Assembly: GCF_000010625.1 (NCBI RefSeq)
Contig: NC_010296.1
Location: 1,110,001-1,142,000, forward strand
Reading direction: 5' to 3'
DNA length: 32,000 nucleotides
Source of the DNA: Microcystis aeruginosa NIES-843
Lineage (GTDB): Bacteria > Cyanobacteriota > Cyanobacteriia > Cyanobacteriales > Microcystaceae
The notes under the pieces are model-generated. The model did not search any database and was not told the DNA's origin. It saw only the letters and a list, made by a program, of their open reading frames with translations. Below are positions 1-9,588 of this stretch, piece after piece. Positions within the stretch are counted from its first letter, which is position 1. The number at the start of each line of letters is the position of its first letter. A program made the position numbers and the translations under genes.

Positions 1-2
1 CA

Positions 3-338
3 GATCAACCAATTCCACTGGCAGTTTTAACTAACTGGAATGGTCAAAGTTTTTTCGCTACAATTGGAGGCACAGATATGGCTTCACAAATAGTTTTTTC
101 GGATCTAGATAATAGCCTTGGTTTCGGAGGAAATACATTTGAGTTACTAGATACTAATATCTTCTTAGCTCATCTTGATGACGCTGCATCTTTCACTGTA
201 GATGATGATGACGATGATGTTCTTGTTCAGATTCGTGTTGCATCTAAAAGAACGACTCCAGAATCCAGCAGCGTTCTTGCTTATATTACCCTTGGGGGTT
301 TAATGCTAGGGAGTGCTATCCGCAAAGCCAGAAAGTGA
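3..338 (+). CDS. PEP-CTERM-type sorting-signal protein; 5' end lies outside the window
   Basis: The frame is open from nt 3 to the stop at 336-338, whereas the ORF track starts only at the internal ATG at 78. The C-terminus TPESSSVLAYITLGGLMLGSAIRKARK has a PE(P)-like motif, a hydrophobic helix and a basic tail, which is the exosortase sorting-signal layout. An acidic DDDDDD run lies upstream. Confidence 0.5.
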   Translation, partial: DQPIPLAVLTNWNGQSFFATIGGTDMASQIVFSDLDNSLGFGGNTFELLDTNIFLAHLDDAASFTVDDDDDDVLVQIRVASKRTTPESSSVLAYITLGGLMLGSAIRKARK

Positions 339-356
339 TCGCATTGTAGCTCGCTA

Positions 357-704
357 TTGGGTTGTTGTCAAACGAACAAGTCTCAATGGGTTCCAGGAGA
401 AATTGTCACAGCGGGGCAAGTAGTAAAAGCGATTATTCTTAACGGATTGGGATTTGTCTCCCGATCCTTGTATTTATTTCCTCAATTTTTTGAAGATAAA
501 GCAACCGAACATCTGCGGGGAGATGGCATCGAACCCAAACACCTGAATGATGATAAAATTAGTCGAGTAATGGACAAACTTTATCAACTTGATGTTTCGG
601 CCATTTTCCTACTGATTAGTTTAGCGGCCGTGAAAAAATTTGGTGTGGCGACCGAGAATTCCCATTTAGATGCTACTTCCCTCTCAGTGGAAGGAGAATA
701 TAAT
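357..704 (+). pseudogene. IS4-superfamily (IS1634-like) transposase fragment, truncated at both ends
   Basis: GQVVKAIILNGLGFVSRSLYLFPQFFEDKATEHL..HLNDDKISRVMDKLY..SHLDATSLSVEGEY resembles the conserved N-terminal region of IS1634/IS4-type transposases as I recall it. The far N-terminus is missing (stop at 348-350) and no DDE catalytic part follows. From 705 on, the tracked ORF reads through MITE sequence. Confidence 0.6.
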
Positions 705-808
705 ACTAAATCCGTTGAGTATAGGCTACATATCAGGACAGGCACTCATGCAATAGGCAAGAGGCAAAAGGGGGAATAAATAATCAGTTTTTAATAACCA
801 GATTTAGT
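705..808. mobile_element. ~104-bp MITE-like element, copy 1 (ends +/-10 bp)
   Basis: It starts ACTAAATC and ends GATTTAGT, an 8-bp perfect terminal inverted repeat. Its termini match the reverse complement of 3912..4015: 25 identical nt at one end and about 30 nt with 2 mismatches at the other. It cuts the transposase fragment. Confidence 0.7.
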
Positions 809-974
809 ATAAAAAGGAATACCCAACAGTAGAAATCCTTAGGCTAAGTTGAAGTTATAGTTTTAAGTATTTAATTGACTAACAAAGACTAGAGAAGGAG
901 CAAAGGGAAAAAATGTCAATTAATGAATACAATTTTGTTACGGTTTTGCTCCTAGGGATGATCGATCGGTTAGA

Positions 975-2015
975 ATGGTAAGACGCTCAACGATAACAAT
1001 TATGACTTTACTAGCGAAATCTTTAGAGGAACTGACCGACTGGGTAAAAGACCAGGGACAACCCGCTTATCGGGGTAAACAATTACACCAATGGCTATAT
1101 GAAAAAGGGGTGCATTCTTTGGCGGATATTTCCGTATTCCCCCAAGAATGGCGCAGCAAGATGGCAGACTATCCTATTGGTCGTTCCCTTATACATTATC
1201 GCAGTGTAGCACCCGATCGCACTCGTAAATATCTGCTAAAACTGGCGGATGGTTTAATTATCGAAGCGGTGGGAATTCCTAGTGAAAAAAGATTGACAGT
1301 CTGTGTTTCTTCGCAAGTGGGTTGCCCGATGGCCTGTGATTTTTGTGCCACGGGAAAAGGGGGTTTTACTCGTAATTTAAAAGCACATGAAATCGTTGAC
1401 CAAGTGTTAACAGTACAGGAGGATTTTCAGCAGCGAGTCAGTCATGTGGTATTTATGGGGATGGGGGAACCTTTATTAAATATCCCCGAAGTGGTGACAG
1501 CGATTCATTGCCTTAATAAAGATGTGGGTATCGGTCAGCGTTGTTTAACGATTTCTACCGTGGGATTGCCCCATAAAATCAAGCAACTAGCGGAACATAA
1601 TTTGCAAATAACTTTTGCTGTTAGTCTCCATGCTTCTAATCAACAAGTTCGAGCTAAATTAATCCCCAGTGCCGACCATTATCTCCTAAGTAATCTGATC
1701 CAAGACTGTCAGGAATACGTTCAAATCACGGGACGAAGAGTGACATTTGAATACATTCTTTTAGCGGGAGTAAATGATTTACCCGAACACGCAAGGGAAT
1801 TAGCCAAACTGGTGAAAGGTTTTCAATCCCACGTCAATCTCATCCCCTATAATCCTATTCAAGAGGTGGATTATCAACGGCCTGATGAAAAGAGAATTAA
1901 GGCTTTTAAAACTATTTTAGAACAGGAAAAAGTCGCCGTTACTGTCCGTTATTCCAGAGGTTTAGCGACCGATGCGGCCTGTGGACAATTGCGATCGAGC
2001 GTCATGGTACAATGA
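975..2015 (+). CDS. rlmN: 23S rRNA/tRNA adenine-C2 methyltransferase RlmN (radical SAM)
   Basis: The N-terminal region has [14 protein letters not shown], the radical-SAM cluster motif is [11 protein letters not shown], and the C-terminal GQL follows a conserved Cys (DAACGQL). The true start may be the ATG at 1002 ([11 protein letters not shown]). Confidence 0.9.
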   Translation: MVRRSTITIMTLLAKSLEELTDWVKDQGQPAYRGKQLHQWLYEKGVHSLADISVFPQEWRSKMADYPIGRSLIHYRSVAPDRTRKYLLKLADGLIIEAVGIPSEKRLTVCVSSQVGCPMACDFCATGKGGFTRNLKAHEIVDQVLTVQEDFQQRVSHVVFMGMGEPLLNIPEVVTAIHCLNKDVGIGQRCLTISTVGLPHKIKQLAEHNLQITFAVSLHASNQQVRAKLIPSADHYLLSNLIQDCQEYVQITGRRVTFEYILLAGVNDLPEHARELAKLVKGFQSHVNLIPYNPIQEVDYQRPDEKRIKAFKTILEQEKVAVTVRYSRGLATDAACGQLRSSVMVQ

Positions 2016-2103
2016 ACGGCCGTAAATCAGCAATTAACTAGATTGCTAGTCTCCCCGCTAGGCTAAACTAGAGAACTATAACATCAATGTAGGAGCCATT
2101 TCG

Positions 2104-2328
2104 ATGCAAAGTCTCTCTAGTGCCAAAGAAAATCGCCTTTTTGTCTATGAAGTCGTCGGTTTGAGTCAAAATGACAATACTGATAACCTAGATTATTCTA
2201 TCCGTAAGAGTGGCAGTGTCTTTTTAACTGTTCCCTATAGCCGCATGAATCAAGAAATGCGTCGGATTACCCGTTTAGGCGCTCGCATCGTCAGCATTAA
2301 ACCCTTAAACGCAGCTGCGGCCCAGTAG
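2104..2328 (+). CDS. Stand-alone CpcD-like phycobilisome linker-domain protein (74 aa)
   Basis: [59 protein letters not shown] is a CpcD-type small linker domain. It is nearly identical in protein sequence to the N-terminal domain of the adjacent petH product. Confidence 0.8.
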   Translation: MQSLSSAKENRLFVYEVVGLSQNDNTDNLDYSIRKSGSVFLTVPYSRMNQEMRRITRLGARIVSIKPLNAAAAQ

Positions 2329-2356
2329 TTGAAAAAATAATTATCGGTAATATCTG

Positions 2357-2398
2357 TCCCCCGCTTTTGTCCTGATCAGGCAAACTAGGGGGATTTTT
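2357..2398 (+). terminator. Candidate intrinsic terminator after the cpcD-like gene
   Basis: The outer stem TCCCCC/GGGGGA encloses the 10-nt palindrome CCTGATCAGG and is followed by TTTTT. Confidence 0.5.
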
Positions 2399-2568
2399 AG
2401 CATAAATGGGAAAAAGTAGCATAAATCTTAATAAAAAGTAAAATGCTGCAAATGTAACAGATTTTAACCAGAGACTTAACCTATCCTATCCAAAAGGATA
2501 AAAGCGATGTCTGTGGTTTTTTTAAGATAACTCTCAATATAGGCCTAGGTGTAGTGTACCGATGGTAG

Positions 2569-3816
<1,248 letters not shown>

Positions 3817-3844
3817 ACCAGAAAGGTTCTCTGAAAATTTTTTC

Positions 3845-3868
3845 GGGTGGGCATTGCTCACCCTTTTT
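3845..3868 (+). terminator. Intrinsic terminator after petH
   Basis: GGGTGGGCATTGCTCACCC forms an ~8-bp stem with one G-U pair, followed directly by TTTTTG, 29 nt after the stop codon. Confidence 0.7.
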
Positions 3869-3911
3869 GTCTTGGCTTCGGTTAAGATCAGTTTCTTAAA
3901 AGGCTTTTAAT

Positions 3912-4015
3912 ACTAAATCTAGTTATTAAAAACTGATTATCTATTCCCTCTTTTGCATGAGTGCCTCTTACCTTTTGCCTGTCCTCACAAGTAGCCTATA
4001 CTCAACGGATTTAGT
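3912..4015. mobile_element. ~104-bp MITE-like element, copy 2 (inverted relative to copy 1)
   Basis: It has the same ACTAAATC...GATTTAGT termini as copy 1. Its reverse complement aligns to 705..808 at both ends, while the central ~40 nt is rearranged. It ends 8 nt before the ATG at 4024. Confidence 0.7.
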
Positions 4016-4023
4016 ATAAAAAG

Positions 4024-4866
4024 ATGAAATTCTCTCGACGCTTTTTTCCTGTTTTCCTTGCCCTCTGCTTACTGTTTATTTTGCTGCCCCGGGCCTGGAG
4101 TTTTACTAATAGCCAAAAACAAATTCTGGCAGATTTAAAAACAGCCGAGATTATTTATCTGGGGGAAAGGCACGATAGCCAAGCCGATCATCAGGCCCAA
4201 TTAGCTATTATCGAGTATTTACAGGCTAATAATCCCCAAATAGCGATCGCTTTCGAGATGTTTCAACGTCCTTACCAAATCTATTTGGATCAGTATTTAG
4301 CCGGCAAAATTAGCGAAAATCAGTTGAGAGAAAAAAGTGAATACGACCAACGTTGGGGATTTGATTGGGAATTTTACGCCCCGATCCTGCGCTTGGCCAA
4401 GGCAAAAAAACTACCAGCGATCGCCCTAAATACACCCACGGAAATCACTAGAAAAGTGGCACGGGAGGGCTTAGAAAGCCTCTCCACCTCAGAAATGACC
4501 TACATTCCCCCTAAAAGCGAAATAAACCAGGATAACGAGGAGTATCGTCAACAGATCCTAGCCGTTTATCAGCAACACACGGGGGGCAAAAGTCAGGGAT
4601 TCGATCGCTTTTTTCTGGCACAGGTCCTCTGGGATGAAACCATGGCCGATGCGATCGCTAAATTCTGGCAAGCTCATCCCGACTATCAGATCATCGTCCT
4701 AGCAGGAAAAGGTCATATTGCCTACGGTTACGGTATTCCCAGTCGAGTCCAAAGAAGATTAGGCGATCGCGTCATCCAGCGTTCGGTTTTCTTGGGAGAC
4801 GCTCCTCAATCATCACCAGCAGAAACCAAAAAACCCGCCGATTATTTTTGGCAAGGGCAAAATTAA
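4024..4866 (+). CDS. ChaN-like (haem-binding uptake / Tiki superfamily) protein with signal peptide
   Basis: The N-terminus is hydrophobic (FPVFLALCLLFILLP). IIYLGERHDSQADHQAQL, AFEMFQRPYQ..LDQYL, FFLAQVLWDETMADAI and LAGKGHIAYGYGIP follow the ChaN/Cofac_haem_bdg pattern as I recall it. Confidence 0.65.
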   Translation: MKFSRRFFPVFLALCLLFILLPRAWSFTNSQKQILADLKTAEIIYLGERHDSQADHQAQLAIIEYLQANNPQIAIAFEMFQRPYQIYLDQYLAGKISENQLREKSEYDQRWGFDWEFYAPILRLAKAKKLPAIALNTPTEITRKVAREGLESLSTSEMTYIPPKSEINQDNEEYRQQILAVYQQHTGGKSQGFDRFFLAQVLWDETMADAIAKFWQAHPDYQIIVLAGKGHIAYGYGIPSRVQRRLGDRVIQRSVFLGDAPQSSPAETKKPADYFWQGQN

Positions 4867-4958
4867 GCCAGTCAGGAGTTAGGAAGCAAGGGATGGTAAG
4901 CTAAGATGCCAGTCTTTCAATTTAGTAGATAATAGGTCTGAAAAACTGAGGCTATTTT

Positions 4959-5834
4959 ATGATTAATTTAACCTGTCAAGATAACGAAACGCTCGATCGC
5001 ATTTTAGCTGTGACTCGTGCCGTCGGTTGGGGTGGTGCTAAAATTCTTCAATCCTACTACCGGGGTGAACAGGATTTAGCCGTCAACAAGAAGAAAAAAG
5101 GCGGACCAGTGACGGCGGCGGATTTAGCGGCAAATAACTATATTTTAGGGGAATTACAAACAAATTTCTCGGATATCGACTTTGGTTATCTGAGCGAGGA
5201 AACCCATCAAGGCAATGAAGCTATCCCGAAAGATTGGGTATGGATTATCGATCCTTTGGACGGAACCCGCGATTTTATCAACAAAACGGGAGAATATGCC
5301 CTACATATCGCCTTATGTTATCAGGGAAGACCGCTCATCGCCGTGGTTGCCCTACCGGATCAAGAAAAACTCTATTTTGCCCAAAAAGGAAAAGGTACTT
5401 TTCTAGAAACTAGCGACGGAAATATTACACAGGTAAAAGTTGCCAATAAAGATAAAATTACCGAGCTCTATCTGGTGGTTAGTCGTACCCATCGCGACCA
5501 ACGTTTTGATAATTTATTAAGTCAAATACCCTTCTTCGGTAAAAATTATGTGGCTAGTGTGGGCTGTAAAATTGCCACGATCCTCGAACAAAAATCCGAT
5601 GTTTATATCTCCCTATCGGGGAAATCGGCGGCTAAAGACTGGGATTTTGCCGCTCCGGAGTTGATTTTAACGGAAGCCGGCGGCAAATTTTCCTATTTTG
5701 ACGGTCAACCCGTGCGCTATAATCGCGGCGATGTGCGGCAATGGGGGGGGATCATGGCTAGTAATGGTCCTTGTCATCAACAACTTTGTCAGTTGTCCAC
5801 GGCAATCCTCGCCCAAATTGATGCCACTGTCTAA
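4959..5834 (+). CDS. Inositol-monophosphatase family protein, CysQ-like 3'(2'),5'-bisphosphate nucleotidase
   Basis: The metal-binding motifs are LSEE and WIIDPLDGTRDF, and the C-terminal motif is KDWDFAAPELILTEAGG. Confidence 0.7.
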   Translation: MINLTCQDNETLDRILAVTRAVGWGGAKILQSYYRGEQDLAVNKKKKGGPVTAADLAANNYILGELQTNFSDIDFGYLSEETHQGNEAIPKDWVWIIDPLDGTRDFINKTGEYALHIALCYQGRPLIAVVALPDQEKLYFAQKGKGTFLETSDGNITQVKVANKDKITELYLVVSRTHRDQRFDNLLSQIPFFGKNYVASVGCKIATILEQKSDVYISLSGKSAAKDWDFAAPELILTEAGGKFSYFDGQPVRYNRGDVRQWGGIMASNGPCHQQLCQLSTAILAQIDATV

Positions 5835-5850
5835 TTTCTGACTTGAAAGA

Positions 5851-5881
5851 GGGTGTAGGGTGTGGGGTGTGGGGTGTAGGG
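5851..5881 (+). repeat. GGGTGTR heptamer tandem repeat (4.4 units), G-quadruplex-capable
   Basis: The sequence reads GGGTGTA GGGTGTG GGGTGTG GGGTGTA GGG, giving five G-tracts with 3-4 nt loops. A related block lies at 15706..15733. Confidence 0.8.
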
Positions 5882-6068
5882 AAGGAAACCTCTTTCATCT
5901 GTGGGGGTGAAAATTTTTTCATCGGGACTGACTGGAAAATAGAAGCTGAAATAACGCCAATTCGTCAATCAGAATATTTTCAGGCTTGGCGGTGCCAACT
6001 TTGGCATCAGGACTGCCCCCTAACCGAGAATCAGAGATCGGTAGAATGGAAAAAAACCAGATCGAGCA

Positions 6069-7940
6069 ATGTTACGGTTAAAAACTTGGCAAGGGTTGAT
6101 TTTAGCAGTTCCGATCGCCGCCGTGGTGATTTTTCTGATCGTGGCCGCCAGTGTCCAGATCAATCAATGGGGTTTGAATTGGATTTGGGCAGTTTTTACC
6201 CTGATTTTTGTCGCTTGGCGCTTCCTGTTGGTCAAATGGACGCGCCCAGCAGTCGGGGAAATTGAAGCCGCCATCGGGGAAATTAAGGCAGAATTAACCC
6301 CTCCTGAGGGTGATTCCGGGGGAAATGTCGAGGAAATTATCGAGAGGATTATCGTCGAGGCCCGCAATGATCGCCCGGTTTGGGAAGATTGGGCGACTTT
6401 TTGGCAACGCTGTCAGGATTTGGTCAGTGCCATCGCTCATATATATTACCCCGATGTCAAGTACCCCTTATTAAATATTTACATTCCCCAGGCCTACGGT
6501 TTAATTCGGGGAACTGTGGATGATAGCGATCGCTGGATGCAGAATCTTTCCCCGGCCCTGAATCAAATCACCATCGGCCAAGCCTATCAGGCCTACGAAG
6601 TTTATCAAAAATTGCAACCCTCAGCCCGGAAACTTTGGCAAGTCTGGAATTGGGCGCAATGGGTGATCAATCCCGCTGCGGCTGTGGCTAAAGTTGCTAG
6701 TCAAAAGTACAGCGATCGAGCGGATCAGCAATTATTAGTCAATTTAGGGCAAGTTTTGCGGGAAAATGCCCTAAGAAACCTTTCTCGCCAAGCGGTGTTA
6801 CTCTACAGTGGCAGTAATCTCGCCCCAACTCTCCCCACCAAGACGAAAATCGCCACTACTACTCTCAAGGAAATTCTCGCCCAAGCTGAACCGATCACGG
6901 AAATTGATCGCCAACCGGTTAATATTCTGCTGGTTGGACGCACCGGGGCCGGCAAAAGCAGTTTAATTAATACTCTCTTTCGGGCCGATTTAGCCCAAGT
7001 GGATCTATTGCCCAGTACCGACGCGATCCAATCCTACCATTGGCAAACCCCAGAAGGAGACGAGTTAATCCTCTGGGATACTCCGGGCTATGAACAGGCA
7101 AATCGGGCCGATGATCGGCAAAAGGTTCTAAATTATGCCGAAAACGCCGATTTATTAATTCTTGTCACCCCCGCCCTCGATCCCGCCCTGGCCATGGATG
7201 AGGCTTTTCTTAAAGATTTGCAACAAACTATTGACAATTTACCAGTTATAGTGTGTGTTTCTCAAGTCGATCGCCTGCGTCCGCTGCGAGAGTGGCAACC
7301 CCCCTATAATTGGCTGACGGGAGAAAGTCCCAAAGAAGTCAATATCCGCGAATGCTTGCAGTATCGGGCGGAATTATTCGAGAATCTCTGCGATCGCATT
7401 TTGCCGATGGTCAGTCAACAGCCGGATAGAGAAGCTTGGGGGGATGAGGAGTTATCAATCGCTTTACTGGGGGCAATTTCGCCCGCAAAACAGTTGCGTT
7501 TAGCCCGTTTTTTAGCGGATTTAGAAACTCGAACCCTGGCAGCGGCGAAAATAATCGATCGCTATACTTTACAGATGGCCACGGGGCAAGGTTTAACGGC
7601 CCTATTAAAAAGTCCTATTCTCGGTTTTATCTCCACTTTAGCCACGGGAAGACCGACTTTAGCTTATCTTTTAGCTGAACAAATTCCTGTGGAACAATTA
7701 CCAGTAGCGATCGGTAAATTACAGATGGCCTACGAGCTTTCTTCTCTCTTAAATACGGAGAATAAAAGTTTTGATTTATTGGCACTTTGGCCAATACTAT
7801 TAGAAAATTATAGCACTGCTGACAAGGAAGCTTGGGCCTGGGGTCATGCTCTGGTAGAATATTGGACAAAGAACCTATCGATCGAACAGTTCCGGTCAAG
7901 TTATCAGGGGTATTTAGAAACGACAAAAACAGGCCTGTAG
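6069..7940 (+). CDS. Membrane-anchored P-loop GTPase (Era/MMR_HSR1-type G domain)
   Basis: Two N-terminal hydrophobic helices are present. G1 is GRTGAGKSSLINTLF, G3 is WDTPGY, and SQVD is a G4-like motif. A long helical C-terminal region follows. Confidence 0.6.
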   Translation: MLRLKTWQGLILAVPIAAVVIFLIVAASVQINQWGLNWIWAVFTLIFVAWRFLLVKWTRPAVGEIEAAIGEIKAELTPPEGDSGGNVEEIIERIIVEARNDRPVWEDWATFWQRCQDLVSAIAHIYYPDVKYPLLNIYIPQAYGLIRGTVDDSDRWMQNLSPALNQITIGQAYQAYEVYQKLQPSARKLWQVWNWAQWVINPAAAVAKVASQKYSDRADQQLLVNLGQVLRENALRNLSRQAVLLYSGSNLAPTLPTKTKIATTTLKEILAQAEPITEIDRQPVNILLVGRTGAGKSSLINTLFRADLAQVDLLPSTDAIQSYHWQTPEGDELILWDTPGYEQANRADDRQKVLNYAENADLLILVTPALDPALAMDEAFLKDLQQTIDNLPVIVCVSQVDRLRPLREWQPPYNWLTGESPKEVNIRECLQYRAELFENLCDRILPMVSQQPDREAWGDEELSIALLGAISPAKQLRLARFLADLETRTLAAAKIIDRYTLQMATGQGLTALLKSPILGFISTLATGRPTLAYLLAEQIPVEQLPVAIGKLQMAYELSSLLNTENKSFDLLALWPILLENYSTADKEAWAWGHALVEYWTKNLSIEQFRSSYQGYLETTKTGL

Positions 7941-8135
7941 TCAGATTAATTAAACTAAAACTTTCTTCCACTTCAAAAGTATAGGAGAGTGGGGAGGAGA
8001 GGTTTCTGGGGTTGAGATTTCTGGCCCTTGTACTAAAATTCCTCAGTATGCGGTTTAAATGCAGTGCAGCTTAGATGGGTACGGGAATAAAATAATTACT
8101 CAAATCTTTGTTTTTAGGTGTGTTATCGCAGAATA

Positions 8136-8586
8136 ATATACCTGAACTTCCCCCGTATAAATATACTAGCTATGGCTCAAAGTCTTACAGAGCCTGAGTT
8201 AAAGCAATGTAATACTAATAAACTACTGGGTACAAACTCCTGAAATCCTTACGCAGACAGGGTTTGAGGCAAAATTTTTCAAAATTTTTCAAATTTGACC
8301 CTTCGACCATTATAGCTTGTTTCCAGGCAGAAAACCATCAAAAACATGGCTACCGAGGGAATCGCTGACTCTAGAGATTAATGACACCATCTGTTACAAT
8401 AAGGTTAGCGATCACTATACAGCCAACTCTACGGAATCGCTCTACTCTAGATACAGTCAACGGTACAGCCATTTTCAAAGGGAAAATGTACCCAGTAGCG
8501 TCTTTTCAATTTTTTCTGAGAAGCTCCAGGCAGTAAGGGTTTTGTTAATTTTTTAGTATTTCTGTATGGGGGAAGTCCAGATATAC
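8136..8586. mobile_element. ~450-bp non-coding element bounded by ~22-bp imperfect inverted repeats
   Basis: The left end TATACCTGAACTTCCCCCGTAT matches the reverse complement of the right end, TATATCTGGACTTCCCCCATAC. A nested inverted repeat CTACTGGGTACA / TGTACCCAGTAG lies inside, and no convincing ORF is present. Confidence 0.45.
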
Positions 8587-8633
8587 CTTGTTTGATCAAT
8601 ATTTTTTTGGGTTTCTATGTCGCTATAACAATG

Positions 8634-9182
8634 CTAGATATCATCTAAAAGATGGTTTAATTGACCTCTCAACAAATCTAGGTTCTGATTAGCCTTTTCA
8701 AGTTCAAGACTCAGGTTTTTTATTTCCGACTCTTGAAGCTTTATCTTTTCAGAAAGATCGTCTATCTGTTGTTTGCAAGAGTCTAGATATCCACTTTTTA
8801 TGATATCAATAACATCAAAGTAAGAAATTTTTTGATCATTCATAAAGCAATATATTTGACATATTTGCTCTAAATTCGACAATAAAAAATCATTTTTAAA
8901 TATATCTGAAAATGACATTATACTAGACGCATCAAAACTTTTGTGTCTCAGGGAAAGGATAAGTTTTTCGATATTTTGATGATTATTGGAAAAAGTGTCA
9001 CTTGAAAATATTTCTATAAATTTACTGATTTCTATTTTCTTGCTTTCTAAGAACAATAACAATTTTAGAGTTTTTGTCTTTATTCGTATTTTTAGATATT
9101 CTGCAATCTCAAGGTTATATTTTTGTTCAAAAACAAATTCCAATAGATCTCTAAATGTAACTATTTTTTTTAGATCCTTCAT
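8634..9182 (-). CDS. Hypothetical protein (182 aa), coiled-coil C-terminus, in an AT-rich islet
   Basis: It is a long ORF in visibly AT-rich DNA. The C-terminal heptad-like segment is QQIDDLSEKIKLQESEIKNLSLELEKANQNLDLLRGQL. I recognise no family. Confidence 0.5.
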   Translation of the reverse strand: MKDLKKIVTFRDLLEFVFEQKYNLEIAEYLKIRIKTKTLKLLLFLESKKIEISKFIEIFSSDTFSNNHQNIEKLILSLRHKSFDASSIMSFSDIFKNDFLLSNLEQICQIYCFMNDQKISYFDVIDIIKSGYLDSCKQQIDDLSEKIKLQESEIKNLSLELEKANQNLDLLRGQLNHLLDDI

Positions 9183-9450
9183 CGTATGGAATTTCTATGT
9201 CAAATTCCTGCTCTATTTGATACAAGAAATTTAGAGCATCATCTTCATCTCCACCATTTGATAATTCAAGAATATAATTATACTCAGTTTTAAAGATGAC
9301 AAAATCTAAAACTGGCTGAGGTATTTCAGAAACTTCAAATACTTCTATCACAATATTATAAATTCTTGAATAAGTTCTTGAATAAATATCTTCATAAGTT
9401 TTCTTGTTCATATCCATAATTATAACTATTTTGTTTGTGTTAAAGGTCAT
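9151..9450 (-). CDS. Hypothetical protein (99 aa) with an ACP helix II/III-like motif lacking the Ser
   Basis: GGDEDDALNFLYQIEQEFDIEIPYDE resembles the acyl-carrier-protein segment (G)xDSLDxVELVxxLEEEFxIEIPDEE, but DED replaces DSL. It overlaps the downstream ORF by 32 nt. Confidence 0.45.
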   Translation of the reverse strand: MTFNTNKIVIIMDMNKKTYEDIYSRTYSRIYNIVIEVFEVSEIPQPVLDFVIFKTEYNYILELSNGGDEDDALNFLYQIEQEFDIEIPYDEGSKKNSYI

Positions 9451-9588
9451 CCAATGACAGACTGCCTTGAGTGTAGCATTTTTATTAAACTAATGCAAGC
9501 ACAAGTAATACTCAACCCTGTTTAAAAAGTATAGAAAAGTAGGCAGGGTGGAACGGTAGGCGAGTGGACAGATTTGCTATAATGCTTC

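Noticed and set aside
2454-2467. NtcA-like site GTA-N8-TAA upstream of petH.
   Set aside because: It has one mismatch to GTAN8TAC, and I could not place a convincing -10 box at the required ~22 nt distance. Such near-matches are common in AT-rich intergenic DNA.
5843-6265. 140-aa ORF starting in the G-rich heptamer repeat and overlapping the GTPase gene.
   Set aside because: Its N-terminus (GVGCGVWGVG) is simply the translated GGGTGTG repeat. The 3' half overlaps the real GTPase frame, and it has no motif.
8317-8556. 79-aa ORF inside the inverted-repeat-bounded element.
   Set aside because: It lies entirely within the repeat-bounded non-coding element and has no recognisable motif or plausible RBS, so it is most likely a chance ORF.
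9574-9583. Extended -10-like TGCTATAAT on the + strand pointing antisense into brnA.
   Set aside because: It is an isolated match with no -35 element, and it is absent from the second repeat copy, so it is likely a chance occurrence.
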